Shown: one piece after another, positions 1 through 10,406 of the stretch
How the letters are laid out: every line of letters begins with the position of its first letter
Numbering within the stretch: the stretch's first letter is position 1
Assembly (NCBI GenBank): GCA_963555815.3
Contig: CAUVWX020000001.1
Coordinates: 288,001-352,000 of the forward strand
Reading direction: 5' to 3'
DNA length: 64,000 nucleotides
Source of the DNA: a bacterium
GTDB lineage: Bacteria; UBA8248; JACPRG01; G963555815
The notes under the pieces: generated by a model
What the model saw: only the letters and a program-made list of their open reading frames with translations
The model's database searches: none
What the model was told of the DNA's origin: nothing
Made by a program: the position numbers and the translations under genes

Positions 1-670
1 GGCGCAGGACATCAGTGTCGCCCAACTGCGTTTTCTTGCCGCGTTGGGCGACCAACGGCCGAACAGCCTCTTTTTTGCGGGTGATCTGGGACAACGGATT
101 TTCCAAACGCCGTTTTCCTGGAAAGCGCTGGGCGTGGATGTCCGGGGAAGATCTCAGACCCTCAAGCTCAACTATCGAACGTCCCATCACATCCGGATGC
201 AGGCGGACCGTCTGCTGGGTCCCGAAGTCGCCGATGTCGATGGCCACGTCGAGGATCGGCGGGGAACGGTCTCGGCGTTCAACGGCGAGCCGCCGGCAAT
301 ACGCCTGTTCCAGACCGAGCAGGAAGAAGGCGAGGCTGTCGGAACGTGGTTGCAGGAACGCCGGGACGAAGGCGTGGATGCTCGTGAGATGGGGATATTC
401 GTGCGGTCGGCGAAGGTGCTGGACCGAGCGCGCGGGGCGGTGCGCCATCGCCGAGGTCTATCCGGCGCTCTGGTCCCGCAGTTTCGCCCGCGAGAGCCGC
501 ACGGGCGATCAGCACGATGCCTGGTCCATCTCCGCCTGGCTGTCGCGCGCCGACTGGGCCGGCATCCTCGACGGGTTTCTCGTCCGAAGCTGACACCGCC
601 CGAGCGCAGTGTGGCAAGGGCGAAAGGCTGGATTCTCGGCGTACCTGGCTTGATCGCGGGATCAATCTGA
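1..670 (+). pseudogene. C-terminal part of a UvrD/REP-type SF1 helicase, truncated at ~445 and joined to the C-terminal fragment of an unrelated conserved hypothetical protein
   Basis: Helicase motifs GDLGQRIF and LKLNYRTS in frame 44..670, which enters from outside the window. After ~445 the protein-like text shifts frame (AEVYPALWSR...DQHDAWSISAWL) and then returns (LTPPER...GWILGV). Confidence 0.6.
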
Positions 671-780
671 ATTGATCGTCGCGACTTGATTTGGAGGTAT
701 GTGTAAGGTTATACTGAGCATTATGATGAACAGGATAAGCAAATCGTAAAAGCGAGGCCGCCGGCGATGTCAGCCGGGCG

Positions 781-2183
781 GTGCTCTACACCCGCGTCTC
801 CTCCAAGGAACAGGAGAAGGAAGGGTTCTCGATCCCGGCACAGCTGAAGCTGCTGAAAGACTACGCCGCGCGCGAAGGTCTATCCGCCGTCCAGGAATAC
901 GTTGACGTGGAGACGGCCAAACAGACGGGCCGGACCAGCTTTTCCGAGATGGTCGCTTTTCTGAGGGCTAATCCTCGGGTCCGGACCATCCTTGTAGAGA
1001 AGAGCGACCGGCTTTATCGCAACCTCAAGGACTGGGTGATGCTCGACGAGTTTGATGTCAAGATCCATCTTGTCAAGGAAGGGGCGATCCTGTCGCGCGA
1101 TTCCAAGTCGTCGGATAAGTTCATGCATGGCATCAAGGTGTTGATGGCGAAGAACTACATCGACAACCTTTCGGAAGAGACCAAGAAGGGCATGCTGGAA
1201 AAGGCCGAGCAGGGCATCTGGCCCTCGGCCGCGCCGCTGGGCTACCGCAATGTGGACGGCGTTAACGGCAAACGGGTGATCGAGCCCGATCCGAAAGTCG
1301 CGCCGCATGTGACCAAGATGTTCGAGTGGTACGTGGCCGGTGGACTGGCATTGCGTGATGTGGTGAAGAGGGCAGCCATCAAGCCCTGGTCACGCGGGAC
1401 CTGTGGGAGCGGGTGCAGGATATGATGGACGGGCGCAACGCCAGCAAGCATCGCCGCGTGAAGCACGATTTCGCGTTCTCGGGCCTGATTGCGTGCGGCC
1501 ATTGCGGCTGCTCGGTGGTCGGCGAGATCAAGAAGCAGCGCTACATCTACTACCACTGCACCGGCTACAAGGGGAAATGCGACGAGCCCTATGTCCGGGA
1601 AGAGGTTCTCGAAGAGAAGTTCGGCGCGCTCCTCGGCCAATTGGTGTTTGACGACGAGGTGCTGGACTGGGTGCGCGACGCCCTTCTTGACAGCCACGCC
1701 AACGAACGGCGCGAGCATGAGGAAGCCATCAAACGGCTGCGCGCGGAATACGACCGGATCCAGAACCGGATTCACGACGCCTATGTCGATAAGCTCGACG
1801 GCACCATCGACGCGGCGTTCTTTGAGAAGATGTCGGAGGAGTGGCGGACCGAGCAGAATCGCTGTCTTCAAGACATCGAACGGCATCAGGGCGCAGACCA
1901 GTCCTACCTTGAAGACGGCGTGCGCCTTATCGAACTGGCACAGAACGCCCAGCGGCTTTTCGAAAAGCAGGATTCCCGCGAAAAACGGCGGCTTCTCAAT
2001 TATCTTGTTTCGAACTCGTCCTGGAGGGACGGAAAGTTGACCGTCATATTGCGGCAACCCTTTGACTTGATTGCATAAACCACGGCCATCGAAGCAAAAA
2101 GAAAGGCCGCTGGAGATGTCTCCAACGGCCTTTCTGTGAATTGGCTCCCCGGGCCGGATTCGAACCAGCGACATGGTGGTTAA
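781..2183 (+). pseudogene. Large serine recombinase (resolvase, recombinase and zinc-ribbon domains), disrupted
   Basis: Catalytic YTRVSS, DRLYRN and PLGYRN motifs in 781..1425. FSGLIACGHCG...YYHC zinc ribbon and coiled coil in 1413..2078. Frameshift/deletion at ~1370 and TAA at 2076-2078. The frame continues into the tRNA up to 2183. Confidence 0.85.
2100..2135. terminator. Hairpin just downstream of tRNA-Asn
   Basis: AGAAAGGCCG...CGGCCTTTCT inverted repeat with an A-run on the left, which is the U-tract for the minus-strand tRNA transcript. Confidence 0.65.
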
Positions 2184-2217
2184 CAGCCACCCGCTCTGCC
2201 AGCTGAGCTACCGGGGA
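2142..2217 (-). tRNA. tRNA-Asn (GTT)
   Basis: TCCCCGGTAGCTCAGCTGGCAGAGCGGGTGGCTGTTAACCACCATGTCGCTGGTTCGAATCCGGCCCGGGGAGCCA: cloverleaf, TTCGAA T-loop, encoded CCA. Confidence 0.97.
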
Positions 2218-2301
2218 GCGATAGATATCAAGCAATTTGAAAATATGCCCCGCGCCTTACCCCATGTCAAGGAGGCCCCTCCGCGGGAGCACTGCCCGAA
2301 G

Positions 2302-3330
2302 CTAGGTGACCTGCGGGGCCCCAGCCGAGGCCCCCTTCCCCTCCAAAGCGGCGCGGATAACAACCTCGGCCTCTCGCACGACCCGTTCTACGGCTCCCTT
2401 CAGGGAACCCTTCACCCGCACCCCCGAGGCGAAGGGATGTCCCCCCCCGCCCAAAGGGATGGCGATCTGGCTCACCTTCACTCGGCCCTTTGACCGAAGG
2501 CTCGTGCGAATGAGATTGTTTCCCATCTCCACAAAAAGGATGGCAACCTCGACCCCCGCCACGGTCCGGAGGACGTCGATGAAATTCTCCGTATCCTCGT
2601 TACTGGCCCCAACGTCCTGGAACATCTTCTGGGTGACCGTCATCCACGCAAGACGCCCCTCGCAGCCAAGCTTGAGCCCCCGAAGCGCCTCCCCGAGAAG
2701 CTTCAGTCTACCTTCGGGCGATTCCTCAAAGATCTGACTATAGATGGAGGGGGGGTTCACCCCGAGGTCGATCAGCTCGGCCACCACTCGGTGGGTCTTC
2801 GCACTGGTGTTCGAGAAACGAAAGGAGCCGGTATCCGTCATGATGGCGGCGTAGAGGGCCTCCGCCATAGGGAGGCTCAGAGGACCGTAGTCCCGAAGCA
2901 GATCATAGACGATCTCCCCCGTGGCTGAGGCCTCTTCAAAACCCGCATGAAGGTCCCCGAAATGCTCCTCGATGGGGTGGTGGTCGATGCAGATCACGGG
3001 GACCCCAAGGCTCCGGATAGGCTCCTCCAGCACCCCCAGGCGTTCCCACTTGTTGAGGTCAAGGGCCAGGACGAGGTCCGGTTTTATGGGAAGGGGAGTG
3101 CCCGGCTCGTAGACCCGGACGTCACCCCCTGGGTCGAGGAAGCGGAATATGGCCGGGGTGGGAGTGGCGTTTAGGACAAGGACCTTCTTTCCACGGTCCC
3201 GAAGGAAATAAAAGAGGGCCATCTCCGAGCCCAGGGCATCGCCATCGGGGTTCACATGGGCAGTCAGGAGGATCTCACGGTGGCTGTCGAGGGCCTCCCG
3301 GACCCTAGAGAGTGGTTGAGAAACGCTCAC
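2302..3330 (-). CDS. nrnA: DHH/DHHA1 phosphoesterase (oligoribonuclease/PAP phosphatase NrnA)
   Basis: HVNPDGDALGS, IDHH, TDTGSF and GGGGH motifs. Confidence 0.92.
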   Translation of the reverse strand: MSVSQPLSRVREALDSHREILLTAHVNPDGDALGSEMALFYFLRDRGKKVLVLNATPTPAIFRFLDPGGDVRVYEPGTPLPIKPDLVLALDLNKWERLGVLEEPIRSLGVPVICIDHHPIEEHFGDLHAGFEEASATGEIVYDLLRDYGPLSLPMAEALYAAIMTDTGSFRFSNTSAKTHRVVAELIDLGVNPPSIYSQIFEESPEGRLKLLGEALRGLKLGCEGRLAWMTVTQKMFQDVGASNEDTENFIDVLRTVAGVEVAILFVEMGNNLIRTSLRSKGRVKVSQIAIPLGGGGHPFASGVRVKGSLKGAVERVVREAEVVIRAALEGKGASAGAPQVT

Positions 3331-3426
3331 TTGTCGATGATCTCATCAAGGGCCAGCGTCGCCGTGTGGAACTCTTTTTTTAAGGAAGACATGGCTCGTC
3401 GACGAAGTGAGAAGGGGCTTGTGGGA

Positions 3427-3885
3427 TTATTTCTTATACTCAACCGTTTCCCATTCCTCGACCCCGAGGAGCTCCTCCATGTTATAGGTCAAGCCCCTTC
3501 GGTTCCTGGAGGCGAGTTCGTAGTGGGGGGTGTGGACAATGGAAAGGGGGTCGGTGGGGCAGGCCTCGACGCAAAGCCCGCAGAACATGCAGCGGGTAAA
3601 ATCGATGAGGAACTCCTTGGCCTTTCGCTGCTTGCCCTTCCCGACGGGCTGTATCGTGATGCATTCCGTCGGGCAGGCGATCTCGCACATGAGGCAGGCG
3701 ATACAGTTCGCTTCTCCGTTCTCGTCCTTGGTCAGAGCCAGAACCCCCCGGGAACCTTCGGGGAGCTTCACCCGTTCACGAGGATACTGGACCGTGATCG
3801 GCTTCTTGAAAAAATGTTTCAGGGTGGTCGCCATCCCGCGCTGGACATCCCTCAAGAAGACATAGTGAAGGACCTTACGGATCAC
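3427..3885 (-). CDS. nuoI: NADH-quinone oxidoreductase subunit I-like 2x[4Fe-4S] protein (stand-alone)
   Basis: TVQYP, CIACLMCEIACP and CMFCGLCVEACP. GTG start at 3885 after GAAGGAGGG. Confidence 0.88.
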   Translation of the reverse strand: MIRKVLHYVFLRDVQRGMATTLKHFFKKPITVQYPRERVKLPEGSRGVLALTKDENGEANCIACLMCEIACPTECITIQPVGKGKQRKAKEFLIDFTRCMFCGLCVEACPTDPLSIVHTPHYELASRNRRGLTYNMEELLGVEEWETVEYKK

Positions 3886-3923
3886 GTTCCCTCCTTCTAA
3901 CGGCACACAACTAGGGATCGGCC

Positions 3924-4877
3924 TCAGGCCGAGGGGGCTTGCTGGTCGGCCTTGGCATCCCTGAGCGCTTCGATGTATTTCTCCACCGCCACAGCAGCGG
4001 TGGTGGCGTCTCCAACGGCGGTCGTGAGCTGTCTTGCGAGCTGGGTCCGGACATCGCCGACGGCGTAGATCCCGGGGATCTTCGTCCTCATGTGGGCATC
4101 CGTGATGAAGTAGCCATTCTCATCCTGGTCCAGAGGCTCTCTCACGAGGCCGCTATTGGGTTCAAAACCGATAAAGATGAAGACCCCGGAGGCCTCCAGC
4201 TGGCTCGTCTCCCCCGTCTTGACATTCTTCAGCCGAAGATGCTCCGCCCCATCGTCCCCACAGATCTCCTCCACCACCGTGTCCCAGACGAACTCGACCT
4301 TGGGCTCGTTACGGGCCCTCTCCTGGATGATCTTCTGCGCCCGGAGCTGATCCCGGCGGTGGATGATATAGATCTTCTTCCCAAACTTGGCGAGGTAAGT
4401 CCCCTCTTCAACGGCGGCGTCCCCACCCCCCACGACGGCGATCGCCTCGTCCTTGAAGAAGGGCCCATCACAGATGGCGCAGTAGGAGACCCCCTTCCCC
4501 CAGAACTTCTTTTCGCCCGGGATCTCCAGGTATTTGGGATTGCCCCCCGCTGAGAGGATGACGGCCTTCGCCCGGTACTCTTCCTCGTCTGTCTTGGTGA
4601 TCCGGTCCTCGCCTTCGCAATAAACCTCCAGGACCTCTTCCTGACGAATCTCGGCCCCGAATTTTTTGGCATGGTCCTCCATGCGCTTGGCGAGCTCCGG
4701 ACCCATGATCTCCTCGATCCCGGGGTAGTCGTCCACCATCCCGGTGTTCACGATCTGCCCGCCGGGAATCCCCTTTTCCAGGATGACCGTCTTCAGGCGG
4801 GCCCGAGCCGTATAGAGCCCTGCGCAGAGGCCGGCGGGGCCTCCGCCGACGATGACCACATCATATTCCAACATCAA
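3924..4877 (-). CDS. trxB: Thioredoxin-disulfide reductase
   Basis: GGGPAG, GVSYCAICDG, GGGDAA and HRRDQLRA motifs. Confidence 0.95.
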   Translation of the reverse strand: MMLEYDVVIVGGGPAGLCAGLYTARARLKTVILEKGIPGGQIVNTGMVDDYPGIEEIMGPELAKRMEDHAKKFGAEIRQEEVLEVYCEGEDRITKTDEEEYRAKAVILSAGGNPKYLEIPGEKKFWGKGVSYCAICDGPFFKDEAIAVVGGGDAAVEEGTYLAKFGKKIYIIHRRDQLRAQKIIQERARNEPKVEFVWDTVVEEICGDDGAEHLRLKNVKTGETSQLEASGVFIFIGFEPNSGLVREPLDQDENGYFITDAHMRTKIPGIYAVGDVRTQLARQLTTAVGDATTAAVAVEKYIEALRDAKADQQAPSA

Positions 4878-5028
4878 ACTTTCCCATCAGAATCAGCCCG
4901 AAGAAGTGTGCCGCATCAGGACGGACAAGGCATTTCCTCTCTAATCTATGTCGATCAGACTCTCTTTCAATCGAAAAAATTCAACACTCTAACGCTATTT
5001 CAAGCAGGATTCCTTGTCAACCCTTCTC

Positions 5029-6450
5029 TCAGCCAAGGTTCAGGGCGAGGAGCTTGATTTCGGTCATCTCCTCAATCGCGTATTTCAGGCCCTCTCGGCC
5101 GAAGCCGGAGTCCTTCACCCCACCATAGGGCATGTGGTCGATCCGGTAATTTGGGATATCGTTGACGATGAGCCCACCCACCTGGATGTTTTCGAAGGCG
5201 TGAAAGACACGCTTGAGGTCCTGGGTGAAGATGCCCGCCTGGAGGCCATAGGCGGAGTCGTCCACGGCTCGGGCGGCCTCCTCGAAGGTCCCATAAGGGG
5301 ACACGTTGACGATGGGAGCAAAGGCCTCCAGACAACAGACCTTCATCTCAGGCTTTACGTTTGTGAGGACGGTGGGCTGAAAGAGGTTCCCTTCACGCTT
5401 TCCCCCACAGACCACCTTGGCCCCCTGGGCCGTCGCCTCCTGAATCCAGCTCTCAATGCGCTTAGCGTCCTGCTCGGAGATCATGGGCCCCACGTCCGTG
5501 GATTCATCGAGGGGGTCGCCCACCTTGAGATTGGAGACCTGGTTGAGGAACTGTTCCATGAAGGGCTCGTAGATCTTCTCCTGAACGAAGAGCCGCTGGA
5601 CGGAGATGCAGATCTGGCCCGCGTAGGCGAAACTCCCCACGGCGCAACGCCGGGTGGCCCAGTCGAGGTCGGCGTCGTCATGGACGATGGCCCCGGCGTT
5701 GCCCCCAAGCTCCAGCGTGACCCTCTTTTTCCCCGCCCTGGCCTTGAGGTCCCAACCCACGTCCACGCTCCCGGTAAAAGTCACATAGTGGAAGCGCGGG
5801 TCCAGGACCATGGCCTCGGCCACCCGGGGAGCGCAGGGGATGAGACTGAAACCTCCCTTGGGCCACTCCGTCTCCTGGATGATCTCCGCCAGGATGAGAC
5901 TGCAGAGCGGGTCATAACTGGCCGGCTTCATCACAATAGGGTTTCCGACCGCCAGGGCGGGGGCCACCTTGTGAGCCACCAGGTTGAGGGGAAAGTTGAA
6001 AGGGGAGATCCCAACGACGGGCCCGATGGGGAACCTTCGGGTGATGCCGAGACGGTTCTCGTGGCCCGGTGCCCAGTCGAGGGGGATGAGCTCTCCACCG
6101 ATGCGTTTTGCCTCCTCAGCGGCGATCTTAAAAGTGTTGACGGCCCGCCCTGCCTCGAGCCGGGAGTCGCGGATGGGCTTTCCCGCCTCCAGGGCCATGG
6201 TCCGGGCAATCTCCTCCTTGCGCTCAGCGATCCGCCTGGAGATGTGAATCAGGATGGCCTCCCGCTGGTAGGCCGGAAGCTTTCGGGTTTCTTTGAAGGC
6301 CTCGACTGCCCGCCGTGTGGCCTCCTCCACGTGCTCTGGCTGTCCCCGGTGGACCTTTGCAATGACCTCACCGCTATAAGGGCTGGTGATCTCCATCGTC
6401 TCAGAGGAGGCGACCCATTCTCCCCCAATGTAAAGTTTATATTCCTTCAT
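5029..6450 (-). CDS. NAD(P)-dependent aldehyde dehydrogenase
   Basis: PFNFP, FTGS, LELGGN, GQICIS and EAFAP motifs. Confidence 0.93.
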   Translation of the reverse strand: MKEYKLYIGGEWVASSETMEITSPYSGEVIAKVHRGQPEHVEEATRRAVEAFKETRKLPAYQREAILIHISRRIAERKEEIARTMALEAGKPIRDSRLEAGRAVNTFKIAAEEAKRIGGELIPLDWAPGHENRLGITRRFPIGPVVGISPFNFPLNLVAHKVAPALAVGNPIVMKPASYDPLCSLILAEIIQETEWPKGGFSLIPCAPRVAEAMVLDPRFHYVTFTGSVDVGWDLKARAGKKRVTLELGGNAGAIVHDDADLDWATRRCAVGSFAYAGQICISVQRLFVQEKIYEPFMEQFLNQVSNLKVGDPLDESTDVGPMISEQDAKRIESWIQEATAQGAKVVCGGKREGNLFQPTVLTNVKPEMKVCCLEAFAPIVNVSPYGTFEEAARAVDDSAYGLQAGIFTQDLKRVFHAFENIQVGGLIVNDIPNYRIDHMPYGGVKDSGFGREGLKYAIEEMTEIKLLALNLG

Positions 6451-6524
6451 TGTCCCTCTCCTTATTCAGGCAGCGCACAAGTGGATCAGCCCCACCCTGG
6501 CAGGGCTCGCAGCCCTCATGGCTT

Positions 6525-7352
6525 CTAGAGTCCTCGGTAAGTCTTCTGGAGCAGAAGGGCGTCTTCCTCGAGGTTCGGGCTCTCACAGATGAGAAGACCG
6601 CCTACAGAAAAATCTTTTAGGGTTTTTAGAAGCCCCCGGTAATCCATGTCGGCCTCCTTCAGGACGAGGTGGTGCTTTTCTCCTTTGGGGCCGTAAGCGA
6701 TGCCGGAGAGGTGGATGTGAAGCTGATTCAGCGTCTTTTTGCCCAGATTCTTTTCAACCGCCTCTAGGACCCCGGCGAACTCCCGGTAGGAATTATATTT
6801 CCCGTTGCTCCGGGCGTGCAGGTGAGAAAAGTCCACGCAGGGACCGATCCCCTTCACCTTGGAAAGCCGAAGGACCTCGTCCAGGGAGCCGATCTGACTG
6901 CCTTTTCCCGTCGTCTCAGGGTTCAGGGACACAGAAACCCTTTCCTTTTCGAGCGTTTTGACCATCGCCTGAAGCTGGCTCTTGATCTCTCCGAAGAGTG
7001 TGGACGGCTTAGCGCCCATATAAAAGCCAGGGTGGAAGACCACGCCCCGGGCCCCGAAATGGGCCCCAATTCGCGCGGAATCGAGGATCCGCTTTTGGCT
7101 CGCCTTCCGCTTTTCCGCCTCAAGGGAGTTCAGGTTAATGTAGTAGGGGGCGTGAACGCTGAGGGCAACCCCCGCCTCCCTGGCGACCCGGCCCACCTCA
7201 GCCGCCGTCCCCTCTCCCATCCGAACCCCTCGAACAAACTCCACCTCCATGCACCCCAAGCCCAGCTCTCGGATCCGGCGCACACCCCCGATGCTGGACC
7301 TGTCCTTGGTGCTCAGAGGAGCCCCTGCCGTACCGAAGAGTAGCTTCGCCAT
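6525..7352 (-). CDS. nfo: Endonuclease IV-like TIM barrel (archaeal-type AP endonuclease 2)
   Basis: HAPYYINL, FHPG, ETTGK, DFSHLHAR and HIHLSGI motifs. The N-terminal FGTAG...EVEFVRG pattern is typical of the archaeal-type group. Confidence 0.8.
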   Translation of the reverse strand: MAKLLFGTAGAPLSTKDRSSIGGVRRIRELGLGCMEVEFVRGVRMGEGTAAEVGRVAREAGVALSVHAPYYINLNSLEAEKRKASQKRILDSARIGAHFGARGVVFHPGFYMGAKPSTLFGEIKSQLQAMVKTLEKERVSVSLNPETTGKGSQIGSLDEVLRLSKVKGIGPCVDFSHLHARSNGKYNSYREFAGVLEAVEKNLGKKTLNQLHIHLSGIAYGPKGEKHHLVLKEADMDYRGLLKTLKDFSVGGLLICESPNLEEDALLLQKTYRGL

Positions 7353-7450
7353 CTTCCTCTCATCAGAGTGTCTTAAGCGTGCCACAAAGAAATAGATTTC
7401 GCCTCTGGAACCAGAGGGAAAGCCCTCGAATCATCCGGTCCGCATACATC

Positions 7451-8566
7451 TCAAGAGGACCTCCGAAAGACCTCCCGGAAGGTCCCCCAGGCCGTCGGTC
7501 GCCGGTTGCCCGTGACGAGGCGGATCAACTCAATCCCGATCCAGATGGCGTAGAGGACCATCACCTCCTCTCGGGTTGAAGGCCAGAGGAACTGGATGAA
7601 CCAGAGGCCGAAGAGGCCCGCCGCCTCATGGAGGCGAAAACGGAGATCGAGCAGGAAGAGAAACGCCAGGAAGGACTGGGCCATGGTGAAAAGGATCTCA
7701 AACCGCTGAAAGGCGTCAAAAGGGACCCCCTCTATCCTCCCCCGACTCACCGAAAACACGATGGGGATGACGGCGGCCAGCATAGTCCACTCGTTGATGT
7801 TGGAGGACATCATGTTCAGAAGGGCAAGGGGGGCCTTCCCGGGGGATTTGGCCCAGTAAAAGGCGCTCACCTTCTCGGGAAACTCTGAGAGAAAGGGAGC
7901 GACCCACTGGATGAAGACAAATTCCGAAACCCCAATGGCAAAGGCCAGGGCCAGCATACTCTCGACAAAGGGCTCGGCCACCAGAATGAGGCCGACCCCG
8001 CCGAGGAGAAAGAGGCCCACAATCGCCGCGATCCGTTTGCGGCGAGAAAGGGAGATAATGCGGCGGGGGATGGCGGGCAGGTCCCCCGCCTCCTCCTGGG
8101 CTCGCGGGGGGACCTTTCCCAAGATGTAGATATAGGCGCCGTAGAGTCCTATCAGGATGAGGGCGTCCAGGACCGTGAGGCTTCCCTTGAACCAGATGAA
8201 GCCAAAATAGGCCAAGGGGGGGGAAAGGGCCATGACCTCGACGGCCTGTTCCCCCTCCAGCTCGATCTGGCGAAGGATATGCCCCCGGGTCCGAACGAAA
8301 TGGCTTGTGGCGGCAACGGTGAAGATGAGGGGCCAGCCAAGGCCCACCAGAAGGCGGATGGCCCCGGTGAAGTTGGCCGTCATGAGGTGGATGTCCTGGC
8401 GCCAGGCGATAGTCCCCTCGATGACGAACTCAGGGAGCGTCTGAAGCCAGGCGAGGGCAGCAAAGGCCACCCCCCGGGCCACGTAGAACTGAGCCGACTC
8501 CGCCCCCCACGCCACGATGATGGCGGCCAGGATGACGACGGGGAAGGTCCATATGGCGTCCGTCAT
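7451..8566 (-). CDS. Sodium:calcium/cation antiporter family membrane protein
   Basis: Two alpha-repeat motifs (TLPEF, SEFPEK) and about 10 TM segments. Start overlaps the rsmI stop (ATGA). Confidence 0.8.
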   Translation of the reverse strand: MTDAIWTFPVVILAAIIVAWGAESAQFYVARGVAFAALAWLQTLPEFVIEGTIAWRQDIHLMTANFTGAIRLLVGLGWPLIFTVAATSHFVRTRGHILRQIELEGEQAVEVMALSPPLAYFGFIWFKGSLTVLDALILIGLYGAYIYILGKVPPRAQEEAGDLPAIPRRIISLSRRKRIAAIVGLFLLGGVGLILVAEPFVESMLALAFAIGVSEFVFIQWVAPFLSEFPEKVSAFYWAKSPGKAPLALLNMMSSNINEWTMLAAVIPIVFSVSRGRIEGVPFDAFQRFEILFTMAQSFLAFLFLLDLRFRLHEAAGLFGLWFIQFLWPSTREEVMVLYAIWIGIELIRLVTGNRRPTAWGTFREVFRRSS

Positions 8567-9255
8567 GGGTCGGACGTCTCCCCGGACGAAGGGGCCACGA
8601 TAACTGTGCATTCGCCCCGCACCTCACCCAACCTCCCGGCGAGCTCTTGAGCCCTTCCCCGGATAAACTCCTCGTGCATTTTGGTGACCTCTCGGGCGAT
8701 GACCACCTCCCGGTTCCCGAGGCACTCAGCGATCTCGGCTATGAACCTCTTCAGGCGCCGCGGCGATTCATAGAAGATGAGCGTGCGCTCCTCTTGAAGC
8801 AGGGCCTCCAGGCGTTTTTTGCGCTTCCCAGGCTTAGAGGGGAGAAACCCTTCGAATGCAAAGCGGTCTGTCGGGAGGCCGCAGGCGGAAAGGGCGGCGA
8901 TAATGGCGGTCGGGCCTGGGATAGGGACCACTGGAACCCCAGCCTCAGCCGCCCTTCGCACGAGATAGTAGCCCGGGTCCGAGACGCCGGGGGTGCCCGC
9001 GTCCGAAACGACGGCGATCGAATCCCCTGCCCTTAGCCTCTCGAGGAGTTGGGGGGTCTTTCGCTCTTTATTGTGGTCGTGATAGCTTTCCAGCCGGGCC
9101 GAGATACCGTGTCGAGAGAGGAGCTTTCGGGTGTGACGAGTGTCCTCGGCCGCGATGAGGGTAACCTCCTTCAGGACCCGAAGGGTCCGAAGGCTGACAT
9201 CCTCCAGGTTCCCAATAGGCGTGGCAACAACGAAGAGGACCCCCTTGTCGACCAT
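8563..9255 (-). CDS. rsmI: 16S rRNA C1402 2'-O-methyltransferase
   Basis: VATPIGNLED, AEDTR, SDAGTPGVSDPG and YESPRR motifs. Confidence 0.96.
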   Translation of the reverse strand: MVDKGVLFVVATPIGNLEDVSLRTLRVLKEVTLIAAEDTRHTRKLLSRHGISARLESYHDHNKERKTPQLLERLRAGDSIAVVSDAGTPGVSDPGYYLVRRAAEAGVPVVPIPGPTAIIAALSACGLPTDRFAFEGFLPSKPGKRKKRLEALLQEERTLIFYESPRRLKRFIAEIAECLGNREVVIAREVTKMHEEFIRGRAQELAGRLGEVRGECTVIVAPSSGETSDP

Positions 9256-9258
9256 TGA

Positions 9259-10083
9259 CTAAACGCCCCAGTCCCGGGCGTAGCGAAAGTCTAGGTCAAT
9301 GGTTCGGTCGGAGACCTTGGCGATGACGGGCAGGCGGCGCTTGTATTGATTGAGGCGAACCAGGTCAAAGACCCGGTCGATGAAAGCGGTGGAAAAATCG
9401 CGTTGGATGAGATCTTCCCGGGAGCAACGACAGTCCACCATAAAGTAGAGAAGCTCGTCCACTTCGTTGTAGGTAAAGCCCAGCTCGGCCTCATCCTCCT
9501 GACCCGGCCAGAGGTCGGCGCTGGCCGCCTTCTCGACAATCTCTTTGGGGACGCCCGCGTGGTGGGCGAGCTGCCAGACCTGGGTCTTATAGAGATCCCC
9601 GAGAGGGTTCAGGGCATGGGCCATGTCCCCGTAGAGGGTCCCGTAGCCCAGCAGGAGCTCTGACTTGTTGCTGGTCCCAAGGACAAGGGCTTTCTTCACG
9701 GCCGAGAGGTCGTAGAGGATGGTCATGCGCTCCCTGGCCATTTTGTTTCCGCGCCGGTTAGAGTTGGCTTCGGGGAAGAGAGAAAAGTAGGCGTCGATCA
9801 TCTGGGTGATCTCGATCGCCTCGGACTCGATCTTCGTCAACTCGACGACAAGCCCTGCGTGCCGGGCGCTTTCGGGGCTGCTGGCCTTGTAGGGCATGAT
9901 GACGCCCGTCACGTTCTCCGGCCCGAGGGCCTTTGCCGCGAGAAAAGCGCAGAGGCTTGAATCTACCCCTCCGGAGAGGCCGAGGACGACTTGCTCATAT
10001 CCCGTCTTTCGGACCTCGTTTTGGATGAAACCCGTGAGGAGCTTCTCGATGAGGGGCGGATGAACCTGAAGCTCTTTGATCAA
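9259..10083 (-). CDS. nadE: NH3-dependent NAD+ synthetase
   Basis: [18 protein letters not shown] and GYGTLYGD motifs. No glutaminase domain. Confidence 0.95.
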   Translation of the reverse strand: MIKELQVHPPLIEKLLTGFIQNEVRKTGYEQVVLGLSGGVDSSLCAFLAAKALGPENVTGVIMPYKASSPESARHAGLVVELTKIESEAIEITQMIDAYFSLFPEANSNRRGNKMARERMTILYDLSAVKKALVLGTSNKSELLLGYGTLYGDMAHALNPLGDLYKTQVWQLAHHAGVPKEIVEKAASADLWPGQEDEAELGFTYNEVDELLYFMVDCRCSREDLIQRDFSTAFIDRVFDLVRLNQYKRRLPVIAKVSDRTIDLDFRYARDWGV

Positions 10084-10406
10084 CGCAACCTCTCATGCGA
10101 TGGTGACCTTTCGCAATATGCCGTGATATATGCACGCCATGGCCAGAATTTACAAGGTGAAAAAGGGCCCGCCCCTGAGAGCTCAAGGGACCTCTCCGCT
10201 CCCGAAAGCCCAGCCAGGAACCTCGGCGTTCAGGGCAATCTTCTCTAAAGATAGAGCAAAAACCCTCAGGGAAATGTTATAAATCCCGCCGAAGGTCAAG
10301 AGGTTAAGAAGAAGGACTGACAAAGGCCAAAGATTCATATTATTCTATGAAGGACATTTGATTGATTACACCCTTTTCCCATTCCTGACAGGCGGGGAGG
10401 AGGACC

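Noticed and set aside
5014..6528. 504-aa plus-strand ORF and similar long antisense ORFs (e.g. 12748..13644, 39752..40615, 54588..55433, 59407..60222)
   Set aside because: They are shadows of well-supported genes on the opposite strand, as expected at high GC.
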